A DNA stretch of 64,000 nucleotides from an uncultured Solirubrobacteraceae bacterium (lineage in GTDB: Bacteria > Actinomycetota > Thermoleophilia > Solirubrobacterales > Solirubrobacteraceae). Below, piece after piece: positions 44,799 to 54,966 of this stretch. The first letter of the stretch is position 1, and every line of letters begins with the position of its first letter. Below the pieces are notes generated by a model. That model had not been told where the DNA came from. It ran no database searches and saw only the letters and a program-made list of their open reading frames with translations. Location: the NCBI GenBank assembly GCA_963800905.1, contig CAWDCT010000009.1, forward strand, positions 80,681-144,680, read 5' to 3'. The translations under genes and the position numbers were made by a program.

Positions 44799-46214
44799 GT
44801 GCGGATGGCTTCCTCCCCAAGCTCCGCCGCTCTGCACTGGGACGCCCGCACCTGGGCACTCCTGGCCGTGCTCTGCGGCGTCCTCTTCCTCGACGGGCTC
44901 GACGTCTCCATGGTCGGCATGGCGCTCCCGTCGATCCGCACCGAACTCGGACTCACCACCTCGCAGCTCCAGTGGGTCGTGTCCGGCTACGTGCTCGGCT
45001 ACGGCGGCCTGCTGTTGCTGGGCGGCCGTGCCGCCGACCTGCTGGGCCGCAAACGCGTCCTGATCGCCGGTCTCTCGGTCTTCGTCGTCGCTTCGGCGGT
45101 CGGCGGCCTCGTCAACGACGGCACGCTGCTCGTCATCACGCGCGTCCTGAAGGGCATGAGCGCCGCGTTCACGGCGCCCGCCGGCCTCTCGATCATCACG
45201 ACGACGTTCGCGGAGGGCCCCAACCGCAACCGCGCGCTCGCCTACTACACCGCCACCGGGGCGAGCGGCTTCTCGCTCGGCCTCGTGTTCGGCGGCCTGC
45301 TCACCGAGCTTGGCTGGCGCTGGACGTTCCTGCTCCCCGTCCCGTTCGCGCTGGCGATCCTGTTCCTCGCGCGACGCGTGGTCCCGCGCGACCGGCTCAT
45401 TCCGGGGACGCGGCGGCGCTACGACATCGCCGGCGCGGTGACGATCACGGCGGCGATGCTGCTGCTCGTGCGCACGGTCGTCGAGGCGCCCGAGGTCGGC
45501 TGGACCGATCCGTTGATCGTCGGCTCGTTCGCCGTCGTCCTGGCCCTGCTGGCCTCATTCGTGGCGATCGAGCAGCGCAGCGCTCACCCGCTCGTGCGGC
45601 TCGGGATCCTGCGCTCGGGCCCGCTGGTGCGGGCAAACCTCGGCATGGCGGCGATGTTCGGCGCCTACGTCGGCTTCCAGTTCGTCGGCACTCTCTATCT
45701 GCAGGTGATGCACGGCTGGTCGCCGGTCGAGACCGCGCTCGCATTCCTCCCCGGCGGCCTGCTGGTCGCGTTCGGGTCATCCAGGATCGGGCCGCTCATC
45801 GATCGGTTCGGCACGGCGCGGGTCATTGCCGTCGGCATGGCGGCGTTCGTGGCGGGCTACGCGCTGTTCCTGCGCTTCGACGGCTCGCCGTCGTTCGTCG
45901 ATCTGATGCTGCCGACGATGCTGTTGATCGGATTCGGCTTCGCGCTCGCCTTCCCGAGTCAGAACATCCAGGCGGTGGCCGGCATTCCGGACCACGAGCA
46001 GGGCCTGGCCTCCGGCCTGGTCAACACGTCGTTCCAGCTCGGTGGCGCCATCGGCCTCGCGATCGTGACCGCGGTGGTGAGCGGCGAGATGTCGCTCGAC
46101 GCGTTCCGGCCCGCGATCGCCGTGGTCACCGGGCTGGCGGCGATCGGGCTGGTGGTGTCGCTGTTCGGCCTGATCCCCACCGCGCGAGACCGGTTCGCGC
46201 GCGCGGAGGGCTAG
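44799..46214 (+). CDS. MFS transporter, 14-TMS DHA2/EmrB-like drug:H+ antiporter type
   Basis: ORF 44799..46214 (471 aa), intact. LDGLDVSMVGMALPSI...GGRAADLLGRKRVLI (MFS motif A-like) and many hydrophobic segments. Divergent from marR. Confidence 0.9.
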   Translation: MRMASSPSSAALHWDARTWALLAVLCGVLFLDGLDVSMVGMALPSIRTELGLTTSQLQWVVSGYVLGYGGLLLLGGRAADLLGRKRVLIAGLSVFVVASAVGGLVNDGTLLVITRVLKGMSAAFTAPAGLSIITTTFAEGPNRNRALAYYTATGASGFSLGLVFGGLLTELGWRWTFLLPVPFALAILFLARRVVPRDRLIPGTRRRYDIAGAVTITAAMLLLVRTVVEAPEVGWTDPLIVGSFAVVLALLASFVAIEQRSAHPLVRLGILRSGPLVRANLGMAAMFGAYVGFQFVGTLYLQVMHGWSPVETALAFLPGGLLVAFGSSRIGPLIDRFGTARVIAVGMAAFVAGYALFLRFDGSPSFVDLMLPTMLLIGFGFALAFPSQNIQAVAGIPDHEQGLASGLVNTSFQLGGAIGLAIVTAVVSGEMSLDAFRPAIAVVTGLAAIGLVVSLFGLIPTARDRFARAEG

Positions 46215-47236
46215 CCCCAGGCGGCGGCAAGCACCCGGCGCCAGTTGCCGGACGCGATCTGATCGACCTCGGGGGCGCCGAACCCGGCGCCCCCGAGCGC
46301 CTGCAGCACGCGCGGTAGGCCGGAGGCGTCCGGCACCTCGGCGGGCATCGTCGCGCCGTCGAAGTCGGAGCCCAGCGCCACGTGGTCGACCCCACAGCGG
46401 TCGGCCACGTAGCGCGCGTGCTCGGCGATCCGCTCGACCGGCGTGTCGGCGTCGTCGCCGCCGTCCGCGCGCAGCGAGCCGGTGTCGAAGTTGATGCCGA
46501 CCAGGCCGCCGCTGGCCGCGATCGCGTCGAGCTGGTCGTCGGTCAGGTTGCGGGTCGACGGGCACAGCGCGTGGACGCCCGAGTGCGAGGCGATCAGCGG
46601 CCCTTCGAGCTCGCGCGCGACGTCCCAGAACCCGGCCGCGTTGAGATGGCTGAGGTCGACCGCGATTCCGAGCTCGGCGCAACGCCGCACCAGTCGCACG
46701 CCGGCGTCGGTGAGGCCCGGGCCGGTGTCGGGCGAGGCCGGGAAGCGGAACGGGACGCCGTGCCCGAAGTCGTTGGCGCGGCTCCAGACCGGCCCCAGCG
46801 AGCGCAGGCCGGCCGCGTACCAGACCTCGAGCGCGTCGAGGTCGGTGTCGATCGGCTCGGCGCCCTCCATGTGGAAGATGACGCCGAGCGCGTCGCCGGC
46901 CAGGCAGGCGTCGAGGTCGTTCACGTCGCGCACGAGCCGGAGCGCGCCGTCGCAGGCGCGCAGCAGCCGCTGGAGCCGGGCGCCGAGCGCGCCGATCGTG
47001 CGCGCCGCCTCCTCCCACTCGACCGTCGGGTGGTACGGGACCTCCCAGCCGCCCGCCCGGCGCGGCTCCCACTCGCCGCCGGTCGGCGGCAGCACCGCGA
47101 ACAGGCCGGCGGCGAGCCCGCCCGCGCGAGCGGACGGCACGGTGATGGTCGCCGCGCCGTCGGTCAGCAGCGCGTCGTCGGGCGCGCCGTTCTCGTGCAG
47201 GTGCGTGAGCACGTCGTTGTGGCCGTCGATCACCAC
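46211..47236 (-). CDS. Membrane (renal-type) dipeptidase, peptidase family M19
   Basis: ORF 46211..47236 (341 aa): MVIDGHNDVL...IFHMEGAEPI...VDLSHLN...IASHSGVHALCPSTRNLTDDQLDAI...GSDFDG. Its stop overlaps the MFS stop region (convergent). Confidence 0.9.
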   Translation of the reverse strand: MVIDGHNDVLTHLHENGAPDDALLTDGAATITVPSARAGGLAAGLFAVLPPTGGEWEPRRAGGWEVPYHPTVEWEEAARTIGALGARLQRLLRACDGALRLVRDVNDLDACLAGDALGVIFHMEGAEPIDTDLDALEVWYAAGLRSLGPVWSRANDFGHGVPFRFPASPDTGPGLTDAGVRLVRRCAELGIAVDLSHLNAAGFWDVARELEGPLIASHSGVHALCPSTRNLTDDQLDAIAASGGLVGINFDTGSLRADGGDDADTPVERIAEHARYVADRCGVDHVALGSDFDGATMPAEVPDASGLPRVLQALGGAGFGAPEVDQIASGNWRRVLAAAWG

Positions 47237-47266
47237 TCGGCGCCAGGATGACGCATCGCCCGACGG

Positions 47267-47695
47267 TTACAGCAGCGCCGCGAGCTTGGCGAACGCGGAC
47301 TGCCAGCCCGCCTCGGCGTGCGTCGCCTCGGTGTACGGGCCGTCGCTCAAGGTCATGCGCGTCTTGCCGCCGTGGTCGTGCAGCTCCACGCGGGTGAACG
47401 TCGCCTCGTGGATGCCCACCTCGGGGATCGGGTCGCACCTGAGCACCAGCAGCCGCGGCGCGTCGAGCTCGACGATCTCGTAGGTGAGTGGGTGCCGTCC
47501 GTGGTCCCCGACCATCGTCAGCTCATACGCGCCGCCCACGCGCAGGTCGATCGCCACCGACTCGCGCGGCACCTCCATCCCCTCGGGCCCGAACCAGCGA
47601 GCCACCTGGTCGGGATCGGTCCACGCCGCCCACACCGTCTCGCGCGGCGCGTCGAAGACGTGCGTGATCAGGACCTGTTGCATGGTCTCGCTCAT
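47267..47695 (-). CDS. SRPBCC/AHSA1-domain protein
   Basis: ORF 47267..47695 (142 aa): ITHVFDAPRETVWAAWTDPDQVARWFGPEG.... ATGA overlap with the upstream arsR-family gene, a common pairing. Confidence 0.85.
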   Translation of the reverse strand: MSETMQQVLITHVFDAPRETVWAAWTDPDQVARWFGPEGMEVPRESVAIDLRVGGAYELTMVGDHGRHPLTYEIVELDAPRLLVLRCDPIPEVGIHEATFTRVELHDHGGKTRMTLSDGPYTEATHAEAGWQSAFAKLAALL

Positions 47696-48003
47696 TGGAT
47701 CTCCTTCAGGTGCCGGTCGAGCCGGGCGATCCGGCCCTCCCAGATGTCACGGCGGGCGTCGACCCACCGAACCGCCTCGTCCAGTGCGTCCACCCGCAGC
47801 CGGCTCGGCCGCGATTGCCCGGAGCGCCCGCGCTCGATCAGGCCCGCGTTCTCGAGCACCTTCAGGTGCCGCGAGATCGCCGGCATGCTCATCGCGAACG
47901 GCTCGGCCAGCTCGGTCACCGTGGCCTCGCCCTCGGCGAGTCGCTCGAGGATCGCGAGCCGCGTCGGGTCGCCCAGTGCGGCAAAGGTATTGCTTAACGA
48001 CAT
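47692..48003 (-). CDS. ArsR/SmtB-family transcriptional regulator
   Basis: ORF 47692..48003 (103 aa): FAALGDPTRLAILERLAEGEATVTELAEPFAMSMPAISRHLKVLENAGLIERGRSGQ. Confidence 0.9.
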   Translation of the reverse strand: MSLSNTFAALGDPTRLAILERLAEGEATVTELAEPFAMSMPAISRHLKVLENAGLIERGRSGQSRPSRLRVDALDEAVRWVDARRDIWEGRIARLDRHLKEIQ

Positions 48004-48025
48004 CGTTACGTAACGAATACGTTAA
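47994..48025. promoter_or_regulatory. 32-bp palindrome spanning the arsR-family start codon (candidate ArsR/SmtB operator)
   Basis: TTAACG-ACAT-CGTTAC|GTAACG-AATA-CGTTAA. Both 6-nt arm pairs are perfect reverse complements and the core CGTTACGTAACG is a perfect 12-mer palindrome. Confidence 0.5.
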
Positions 48026-48037
48026 ATAAATCCAGAA

Positions 48038-48069
48038 GTCAAGGCCTTGACAACTCACACCCGGGTGTG
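48038..48069. promoter_or_regulatory. Two perfect 14-bp palindromes in the arsR/lacI divergent intergenic region
   Basis: GTCAAGGCCTTGAC (48038-48051) and CACACCCGGGTGTG (48056-48069). Function unknown (operator or hairpin). Confidence 0.3.
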
Positions 48070-48089
48070 CGTAGATTCCGCCCGTGAAG

Positions 48090-48109
48090 TTCCAAAACCG
48101 TTTTCGGAA
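48090..48109. promoter_or_regulatory. LacI-type operator overlapping the lacI-family start codon (autoregulation candidate)
   Basis: TTCCAAAACCGTTTTCGGAA (8/10 palindromic pairs). Shares the core CCAAAAnCGTTTT with the site at 49201. Confidence 0.5.
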
Positions 48110-49155
48110 TGTCTGACGAGCGAGTCACGATCCGTCGTCTGGCCGAGGCGAGCGGCGTTTCCATCGGCACCGTGTCGCGTGCGCTGAACGGCTACGCGGA
48201 CGTCCGGCCGGAGACGCGCGAGCGGATCATGCGGCTCGCCCGCGAGCTCGACTACACGCCGGCGGCCGCCGCCCGCAGCCTCAAGACGCAGCGCAGCCAC
48301 GTCATCGGCGTCTTCCTCGAGACCGGCGAGGGCCACCCCGACCTCCAGCACCCGTTCTTCCACGAGGTGCTCGTCGGGCTCAAGAACGCGATCGGCTCCG
48401 GCGGCTACGACCTGCTGCTGTTCGCCGCTGAGAACCCCGGCAACGGCTACGGAACGCACTCCTACCTCAAGCGCAGCCGGCACCACAACACCGAGGGCGT
48501 GGTCCTCATGGGCACCGACCCCGAGGACGACGAGGTGCGCCGCCTGGTGCGCTCCGAGATGCCCACGGTGGGCGTCGACGTCGCGCTCGAGGGCCCGTCC
48601 ACGACCTACGTGATCAGCGACAACGTGGACGGCGCATCCCGCGCTGTGCGGCACTTCCACAGCATCGGCCACCGCCGCATCGCCACGATCACGGGCATGC
48701 TCGACACCCGCACGGGGTCCGACCGCCTGCGCGGCTACCGCCAGGCGCTCCAGGCCTGCGGGCTCGCCTATCGCGACGAGTACGTCGCCTACGGAGACTT
48801 CTACGTGGAGAGCGGCCGGCGAGCCATGGCCGATCTCCTCTCGCTCGACGAGCCGCCCACAGCGGTGTTCGCCGCGTCGGACATGATGGCCCTCGGCGCG
48901 ATCCGCGCCGTCAGCGATGCCGGCCTCAACGTGCCGGCCGACGTCTCGGTCATCGGCTTCGACGACATCCAGCTCGCCGATCACATGAACCCCCCACTGA
49001 CCACGGTTCGCCAGGACAAGGCGGGCCTCGGCGTGGCGGCGGGCTCGGCGCTCGTGCGCCTGATCGACGGTGAGCCGGACGACGTGACGGAATCCACGGT
49101 GCTTCCCGTGGAGCTCGTCCGGCGCGGTTCCACGCGACCCCGGGCAACGGACTAG
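48109..49155 (+). CDS. LacI-family transcriptional regulator (CebR-like by context)
   Basis: ORF 48109..49155 (348 aa). HTH VTIRRLAEASGVSIGTVSRALNGYADVRPETRERIMRLARELDYTP plus a periplasmic-binding-fold effector domain. Confidence 0.9.
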   Translation: MSDERVTIRRLAEASGVSIGTVSRALNGYADVRPETRERIMRLARELDYTPAAAARSLKTQRSHVIGVFLETGEGHPDLQHPFFHEVLVGLKNAIGSGGYDLLLFAAENPGNGYGTHSYLKRSRHHNTEGVVLMGTDPEDDEVRRLVRSEMPTVGVDVALEGPSTTYVISDNVDGASRAVRHFHSIGHRRIATITGMLDTRTGSDRLRGYRQALQACGLAYRDEYVAYGDFYVESGRRAMADLLSLDEPPTAVFAASDMMALGAIRAVSDAGLNVPADVSVIGFDDIQLADHMNPPLTTVRQDKAGLGVAAGSALVRLIDGEPDDVTESTVLPVELVRRGSTRPRATD

Positions 49156-49200
49156 GGGGTGACGCGGCAAGAGGTTCCCGGCGCAGTCCTAGGCGGAATA

Positions 49201-49216
49201 CCAAAATCGTTTTTGG
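49201..49216. promoter_or_regulatory. LacI-type operator upstream of the sugar ABC operon
   Basis: CCAAAATCGTTTTTGG (7/8 palindromic pairs), 4 nt before the RBS AAGGAGGAG and 19 nt before GTG 49235. Confidence 0.5.
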
Positions 49217-49234
49217 ACCAAGGAGGAGAGGATC

Positions 49235-50613
49235 GTGAGTAGAAGGTTCGCGGTCGTCGCGCTGGCGATCGCATCACTGTTCGCCGGGGCCCTGGTGTAC
49301 TCGGGTTGCGGCGACGACAACGACGAAGGCAGCAGCTCCAACACCCAGGGGCAGGCCGCCAAGTCAGACATCAAGCCCGGCACCACGGTGAAGCTGTGGA
49401 TCATGCCGAACGGCCCGCAGCCCCAGGAGGACATGGAGGCCGCGCTCGTCCCGTTCACGGAGGAGACCGGCATCAAGGTCGACGTCGAGGTCGTGGACTG
49501 GGGCGTCCAGCTCGACCGCATCCGCAACGCGGCGACCTCGGGCGAGGCCCCGGACATCACGCAGGCCGGCACGACGCAGGTGCCGTTCTTCGCCGCGCTC
49601 GGCGGGTTCGAGGATCTCTCGGGCCGGGTCGAGGACATCGGCGGCTCGGGCGCGTACCCGGACGGCGTCTGGCAGACGACCCAGGTCGCGGGCCAGGAGG
49701 GCGTCTGGTCTGCCCCGTGGTTCACCGAGGCGCGCTCGATCTACTACCGCAAGGACATCCTCGAGAAGGCCGGCGTCGACGAGGCGACCGCGTTCCAGGA
49801 CTGGGACTCGTTCCGCGCGACGCTCCAGGCGATCAAGGACAACGTCCCGGGCATCCAGCCGTTCGGCACGCCGGGCAAGAAGGCGTTCGACCTCGTCCAC
49901 CACGTGATGCCGTTCGTGTGGGACGCCGGAGGCACGGAGCTGTCCGAGGACAACACGCAGTCGACGATCAACTCGCCCGAGGCGGCCGAGGGCGTCGAGC
50001 TTCTTCGCCGACCTCGTGGCGGACGGGCTCGCCGACAAGGCTCAGCTCGAGCGTGACGGCACGCAGGTCGAGAACCAGTTCAAGGGCGGCAAGATCGCCG
50101 TCTGGATGGGCGGTCCGTGGGTGCTCGGCTCGATCGAGCGCGAGGACGACACCAACTGGGTCCCGGCCGCGCGCAACAACGTCGGCGTGGCACCGATGCC
50201 GGCCGGCCCGAACGGCGACGCGTTCACGTTCGTCGGCGGCTCGAACCTGATGATGTTCGAGCAGCTCGGAGAACAAGAACGAGGCCTGGGAGGTCATGAA
50301 GTTCCTCTCGCAGGATCAGGTGCAGACCGACTACGCGTCGCTGCTGGGCATGTTCCCGGCGCGGACGGAGCCGCAGCAGAGCTACGGCGAGTCCAACGGC
50401 GCGAACTTCGAGTCGGTGTTCCAGGCCATCCAGCAGGGCCGGACCTACGCGCCGATCCCGCAGTGGGGAGCGGTCGAGGGCGCCTACAAGGAGCACTTCG
50501 GGACGATCCTCGACAACGCCGCCCAGGGCGACGCCAGCGACGAGGCGATCCAGAAGCAGCTCGACGAAGCGGCCAAGGAGGCCGACGGCCTGCTCGCCCA
50601 GACGACGGGCTAG
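49235..50613 (+). pseudogene. Sugar ABC transporter substrate-binding lipoprotein (family 1; CebE-like by context); 2 frameshifts near 50000 and 50265
   Basis: MSRRFAVVALAIASLFAGALVYSGCG (lipobox) ...VKLWIMPNG...APDITQAGTTQVPFFAALGG... (ORF 49235). ...ADGLADKAQLERDGTQVENQFKGGKIAVWMGGPWVLG... (ORF 50016). ...MKFLSQDQVQTDYASLLGMFPAR...LLAQTTG* (ORF 50296..50613). Confidence 0.85.
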
Positions 50614-50671
50614 CAGGATCCTCCTCTGGACGGGCGGGGCGAGCCGCCGCCCCGCCCGTCCTTTCTCTTCT

Positions 50672-51652
50672 ATGACCACCCAGATCTCACCGACCGAGCC
50701 GACGGCTCACGTGATCGTCGAACCGCCTCGACGCCGTGGCAGCTCGCTGCGCAGCTCGCAGCGACGCTTCATCGCGTACCTGGTGGCGCCCGCGATCGCG
50801 TTCATGCTGATCGTGCACCTGCTGCCGACGGTCGGCGGGTTCTACCTCTCGTTCAAGAACCTCAACCTCTTCACGTTCCGGCAGCTCTTCAACGCGCCGT
50901 GGGTCGGTCTCGACAACTACAAGGCGATCCTGTTCGAGGACAACCCGCTGCGCACCGGCTTCCTGGGCGCCGCACAGAACACGGCCGTCTACACGTTCTG
51001 GGTCGTGGCCGGCACGCTCGTCGGCGGGATGCTGGTGGCGCTGCTGTGCAACCGCGAGATGCGCGGGATCAAGGTCATCCGCGCGCTGATGCTGACCCCG
51101 TGGATCGTCCCGAGCTTCGTCGTCGCGGTGCTGTGGCAGTACATGTGGCAGAGCGACATCGGGATCATCAACAAGGTCCTCGTCGACTACACCGGCATCC
51201 TCGGCGAGCGGCCGGTGTGGCTGATCGGCCCGAACTCGCTGTGGGCGATCATCATCCCCAGCATCTGGCGCGGACTGCCGTTCGCGTTTCTGATCTTCCT
51301 CGCCGGCCTCCAGGCGATGCCGAAGGAGCTGCACGAGGCGGCGGCGATCGACGGCGCCGGCCCGTTCAAGCGCTTCCGCTACATCACGCTGCCGCTGCTG
51401 CGGCCGCTGATCGCCATCCAGCTGCTGTTCGGCGTCATCTACGCCACGTACCAGTTCGCGATCCCGTTCGTGATGTTCGGGTCCAACCCCGGGCCGGACG
51501 CGGACCTGATGATGACCCTGATCGTCCGCCAGTCGTTCTCGAACAGCCTGTTCGGCTTCGGCAGCGCGGTCTCGGTGCTGCTGATGATGGCCATGTTCGT
51601 CTGGGTGGCGATCTGGTACCGCGCGTTCAAGCGCGACCTGGAGGTGGCATGA
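50672..51652 (+). CDS. Sugar ABC transporter permease (CebF-like)
   Basis: ORF 50672..51652 (326 aa), intact. EAA loop [26 protein letters not shown]. Confidence 0.9.
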   Translation: MTTQISPTEPTAHVIVEPPRRRGSSLRSSQRRFIAYLVAPAIAFMLIVHLLPTVGGFYLSFKNLNLFTFRQLFNAPWVGLDNYKAILFEDNPLRTGFLGAAQNTAVYTFWVVAGTLVGGMLVALLCNREMRGIKVIRALMLTPWIVPSFVVAVLWQYMWQSDIGIINKVLVDYTGILGERPVWLIGPNSLWAIIIPSIWRGLPFAFLIFLAGLQAMPKELHEAAAIDGAGPFKRFRYITLPLLRPLIAIQLLFGVIYATYQFAIPFVMFGSNPGPDADLMMTLIVRQSFSNSLFGFGSAVSVLLMMAMFVWVAIWYRAFKRDLEVA

Positions 51653-52488
51653 GCCGTCGTCGTGCAGTGAACCTGGGCCTCGACGCCCTGACCTGGCTCG
51701 TGCTGCTGGTGATGCTCGCGCCCGTCCTGTGGCTGCTGCTCTCGGCCTTCCAGGACGACCTCGAGCTCTCCACCGGCGCCTACGACCTGCTGAATCCCAC
51801 GTTCGACGCGTTCACCGGGATGTGGCAGACGATCGACTTCGAGCGCTTCCTCGTGAACAGCTTCGTGATCTGCACGGTGGCCGCGCTGCTGGCCACGGCG
51901 TTCGCGAGCACGGCCGGTTACGCGCTCGCGCGCTTCAAGTTCCGCGGCTCGCGCGCGTTCGGGCTGACGGTGATCGGCACGCAGCTGATCCCCGGCTCGA
52001 TGTTCCTGCTGCCGCTGTTCATCGGCTTCGTCTGGATCAACCAGAACGTCGGCATCCCGCTGTACGACACGCACCTCGGGATGATCATCGTCTACACGGC
52101 GTTCTTCACGCCGGTGGCGATCTTCTTCATGCGCTCGTTCTTCCTCGCGATCCCGCGCGATCTCGAGGAGGCGGCGATGGTCGACGGCTGCACGCCGTTC
52201 AAGGCGTTCGTGAAGATCGTCCTCCCGAACGCCGCTCCGGGGCTGGTGGCGACGTTCGTCTACGCGTTCCTGTTCGCGTGGGACGAGCTGCTGTTCGTCG
52301 CGAACCTGACGCAGGACACCGCCGAGACGATCCCGATCGGCATCCGCACCTTCATCGGCAACTACCAGCAAAGGACTGCACAGCTCATGGCCGCAGGGGT
52401 CGTCTCCACCCTCCCGGTACTGATCGCCTTCTTCCTGACCCAGCGCTGGCTGGTCAAGGGGCTGACCGCGGGCGCGGTGAAGGGATGA
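51649..52488 (+). CDS. Sugar ABC transporter permease (CebG-like)
   Basis: ATG 51649 (ATGA overlap): [34 protein letters not shown]...[27 protein letters not shown].... Intact (within ORF 50899..52488). Confidence 0.9.
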   Translation: MSRRRAVNLGLDALTWLVLLVMLAPVLWLLLSAFQDDLELSTGAYDLLNPTFDAFTGMWQTIDFERFLVNSFVICTVAALLATAFASTAGYALARFKFRGSRAFGLTVIGTQLIPGSMFLLPLFIGFVWINQNVGIPLYDTHLGMIIVYTAFFTPVAIFFMRSFFLAIPRDLEEAAMVDGCTPFKAFVKIVLPNAAPGLVATFVYAFLFAWDELLFVANLTQDTAETIPIGIRTFIGNYQQRTAQLMAAGVVSTLPVLIAFFLTQRWLVKGLTAGAVKG

Positions 52489-53832
52489 CGACCACCGCGG
52501 TCCAGCCCGCGCCGGCGCGCGCGTTCCCGGAGCACTTCCGCTTCGGCGTGGCGATGGCGTCGTACCAGATCGAGGGCGCGGTCAGCGAGGACGGGCGCGG
52601 CCCGTCGATCTGGGACACGTTCTGCCGCCGGCCCGGCGCGGTGGCGGGCGGCGACACCGGCGACGTGGCGTGCGACCACTACCACCGCTGGCGCGAGGAC
52701 CTGGACCTGATGGCGTCGCTGGGCGTCGAGTCCTACCGCTTCTCGATCGCCTGGCCGCGCGTGCAGCCCGACGGGCGCGGCGCGCTGAACCGCGCCGGGC
52801 GTGGACTTCTACCGGCGGCTGTGCGAGGGGTTGCGCGAGCGCGGCATCGAGCCGATCGCGACGCTCTACCACTGGGACCTGCCGCAGGCGCGCCAGGCGG
52901 CCGGCGGCTGGGCGGTGCGCGACACCGCCGAGCGCTTCGCCGAGTACGCGGCGCTGATGGCGGACGAGCTGGGCGACGTGGTCGACGGCTGGATCACCCA
53001 CAACGAGCCGTGGGTGGTCGCGTTCCTGGGGCATGCCGAGGGCGTCAAGGCGCCGGGGATCCGCGACTGGCCGACGGCGCTGCGCGCCTCCCACCACCTG
53101 CTGCTCTCGCACGGGCTGGCGGTCGCGGCGCTGCGCGAGACGGCGCCGGTGGGGATCACCTTGAACCTCGCGCCGGTGCGCTCGGACGACCCGCTGCGCC
53201 GCCGCGCGGATGGACGGCTACCTGAACCGCTGGTTCCTCGACCCGGTGCTGCGCGGGCCGCTACCCGGAGGACATGGTCGAGCACTACGAGCGCCGCTAC
53301 GGGCCGTTCGACGCCGTCCGCGACGGCGACCTGCGCGCGATCGGCGCGCCGATCGACTTCCTCGGCGTCAACTACTACATGCCGCAGCGCGTGCGGTTCG
53401 ATCCGGCGCGCCAGCCGCTCGAGATCGCGCGCGTGAATCCGCGTGCCGCCGACGACGGCGATGGGCTGGGAGATCGACGCCGACGGCCTGCACGAGCTGC
53501 TCGTGCGCGTGCGGCGCGACTACGGCGACGTGCCGATCTACATCACCGAGAACGGGGCGGCGTTCGAGGACGGGCCGGTCGTCAACGGGACGGTCGAGGA
53601 TCCGCGGCGCGTCGAGTACCTGCGTCTGCACCTGGAGGCGCTGAGCCGCGCGGTCGCCGACGGCGTCGACGTGCGGCGCTACTTCGCCTGGTCGATGCTC
53701 GACAACTTCGAGTGGGAGCACGGCTACGCGAAGCGCTTCGGGCTCGTCTACGTCGACTTCTCGACCCAGCGGCGGGTGCCCAAGCGCAGCGGCCTCTGGT
53801 ACCGCGACTTCATAGGGAGCGCACGTGGCTAG
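52485..53832 (+). pseudogene. GH1 beta-glucosidase; about 4 frameshifts as given
   Basis: ATG 52485 (ATGA overlap): [33 protein letters not shown]...[29 protein letters not shown]. ...TLYHWDLPQ...WITHNEPW (acid/base NEP; ORF 52801 frame). ...GVNYY.... ...[11 protein letters not shown] (nucleophile ITENG) ...[26 protein letters not shown] (ORF 53443..53832). Confidence 0.85.
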
Positions 53833-54966
53833 CATCGCCTTCTCCGACGTCTCGAAGGTCTTCCCGGACGGCACGCGCGCCGTCGACGGGTTGGAGCTGG
53901 AGGTCGCCGACGGCGGGCTTCACCGTGCTGGTGGGGCCGTCCGGGTCGGGCAAGTCGACCGCGCTGCGGATGGTCGCCGGGCTGGAGGAGGCCTCGTCGG
54001 GGACGATCCGGATCGCCGACCGGGTGGTCAACGACGTCGCTCCGAAGGACCGCGACATCGCGATGGTGTTCCAGAGCTACGCGCTCTATCCGCACATGAG
54101 CGTCGACGAGAACCTCGGCTTCGCGCTGAAGATGCAGGGCACGCCGGCCGAGTCGCGGCGCGCGTCGGACCTCGGCGGTGTCGCGCCGGCTGGGGATCGG
54201 CGAGCTGCTCGAGCGGCGCCCGCGGGCGTTGAGCGGCGGCCAGCGCCAGCGGGTGGCGCTGGGGCGGGCGATCGTGCGCCAGCCGCAGGCGTTCCTGATG
54301 GACGAGCCTTTGTCGAACCTGGACGCCAAGCTGCGGGTCGAGATGCGGGCCTACATCGCGCGCCTGCACCAGGAGCTCGGCACCACCACGCTGTACGTCA
54401 CGCACGACCAGACCGAGGCGATGACGATGGGCGATCGCGTCGCCGTCATGCGCGACGGCCGGCTGGAGCAGGTCGACGCGCCGCGCGAGCTCTACGACCG
54501 CCCGGCGAACCTGTTCGTGGCGGCCTTCATCGGCTCGCCGGCGATGAACCTGTTGCGGGGGCACCTGGAGTTGGCCGATGGCCAGGTGCAGGTAGTGCTG
54601 GGCAGCCAGCGCCTCGTCCTCCCCGACGAGGCGCTGGACGCCCGGCCCGTGCTGCGCGGCTGGGTCGACGACGAGGTGGTGGTCGGCATCCGGCCGGAGT
54701 CGGTGTATGTCGGCGGGTCGATGTCGTTCGAGGTCGTCCTGGTGGAGGCGCTCGGCTCCGACCTGCTCGTGCACTTCAAGACCGACGCCCCGCGGGTGAC
54801 GATCTCGGACGCGTTCGACGGCGAGGACGACGCGGGGCTCGAGGCGCGCTTCACGGCGCGGCTGCCGGCGGACCTGCAGGTCGAGGTCGGCGACCGGCTG
54901 CGGCTCGGGGTCGATCCCGAGCGCGTGCACTTCTTCGATCCCGACACCGGGGTGGCGTTGCGCTGA
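53825..54966 (+). pseudogene. Sugar ABC transporter ATP-binding subunit (MsiK/UgpC/MalK-like); about 2-3 frameshifts as given
   Basis: GTG 53825 gives [30 protein letters not shown]. Then [24 protein letters not shown]...[19 protein letters not shown] (ORF 53274 frame). Then [16 protein letters not shown]...[15 protein letters not shown]...[22 protein letters not shown]...* (ORF 54178..54966). Confidence 0.85.
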
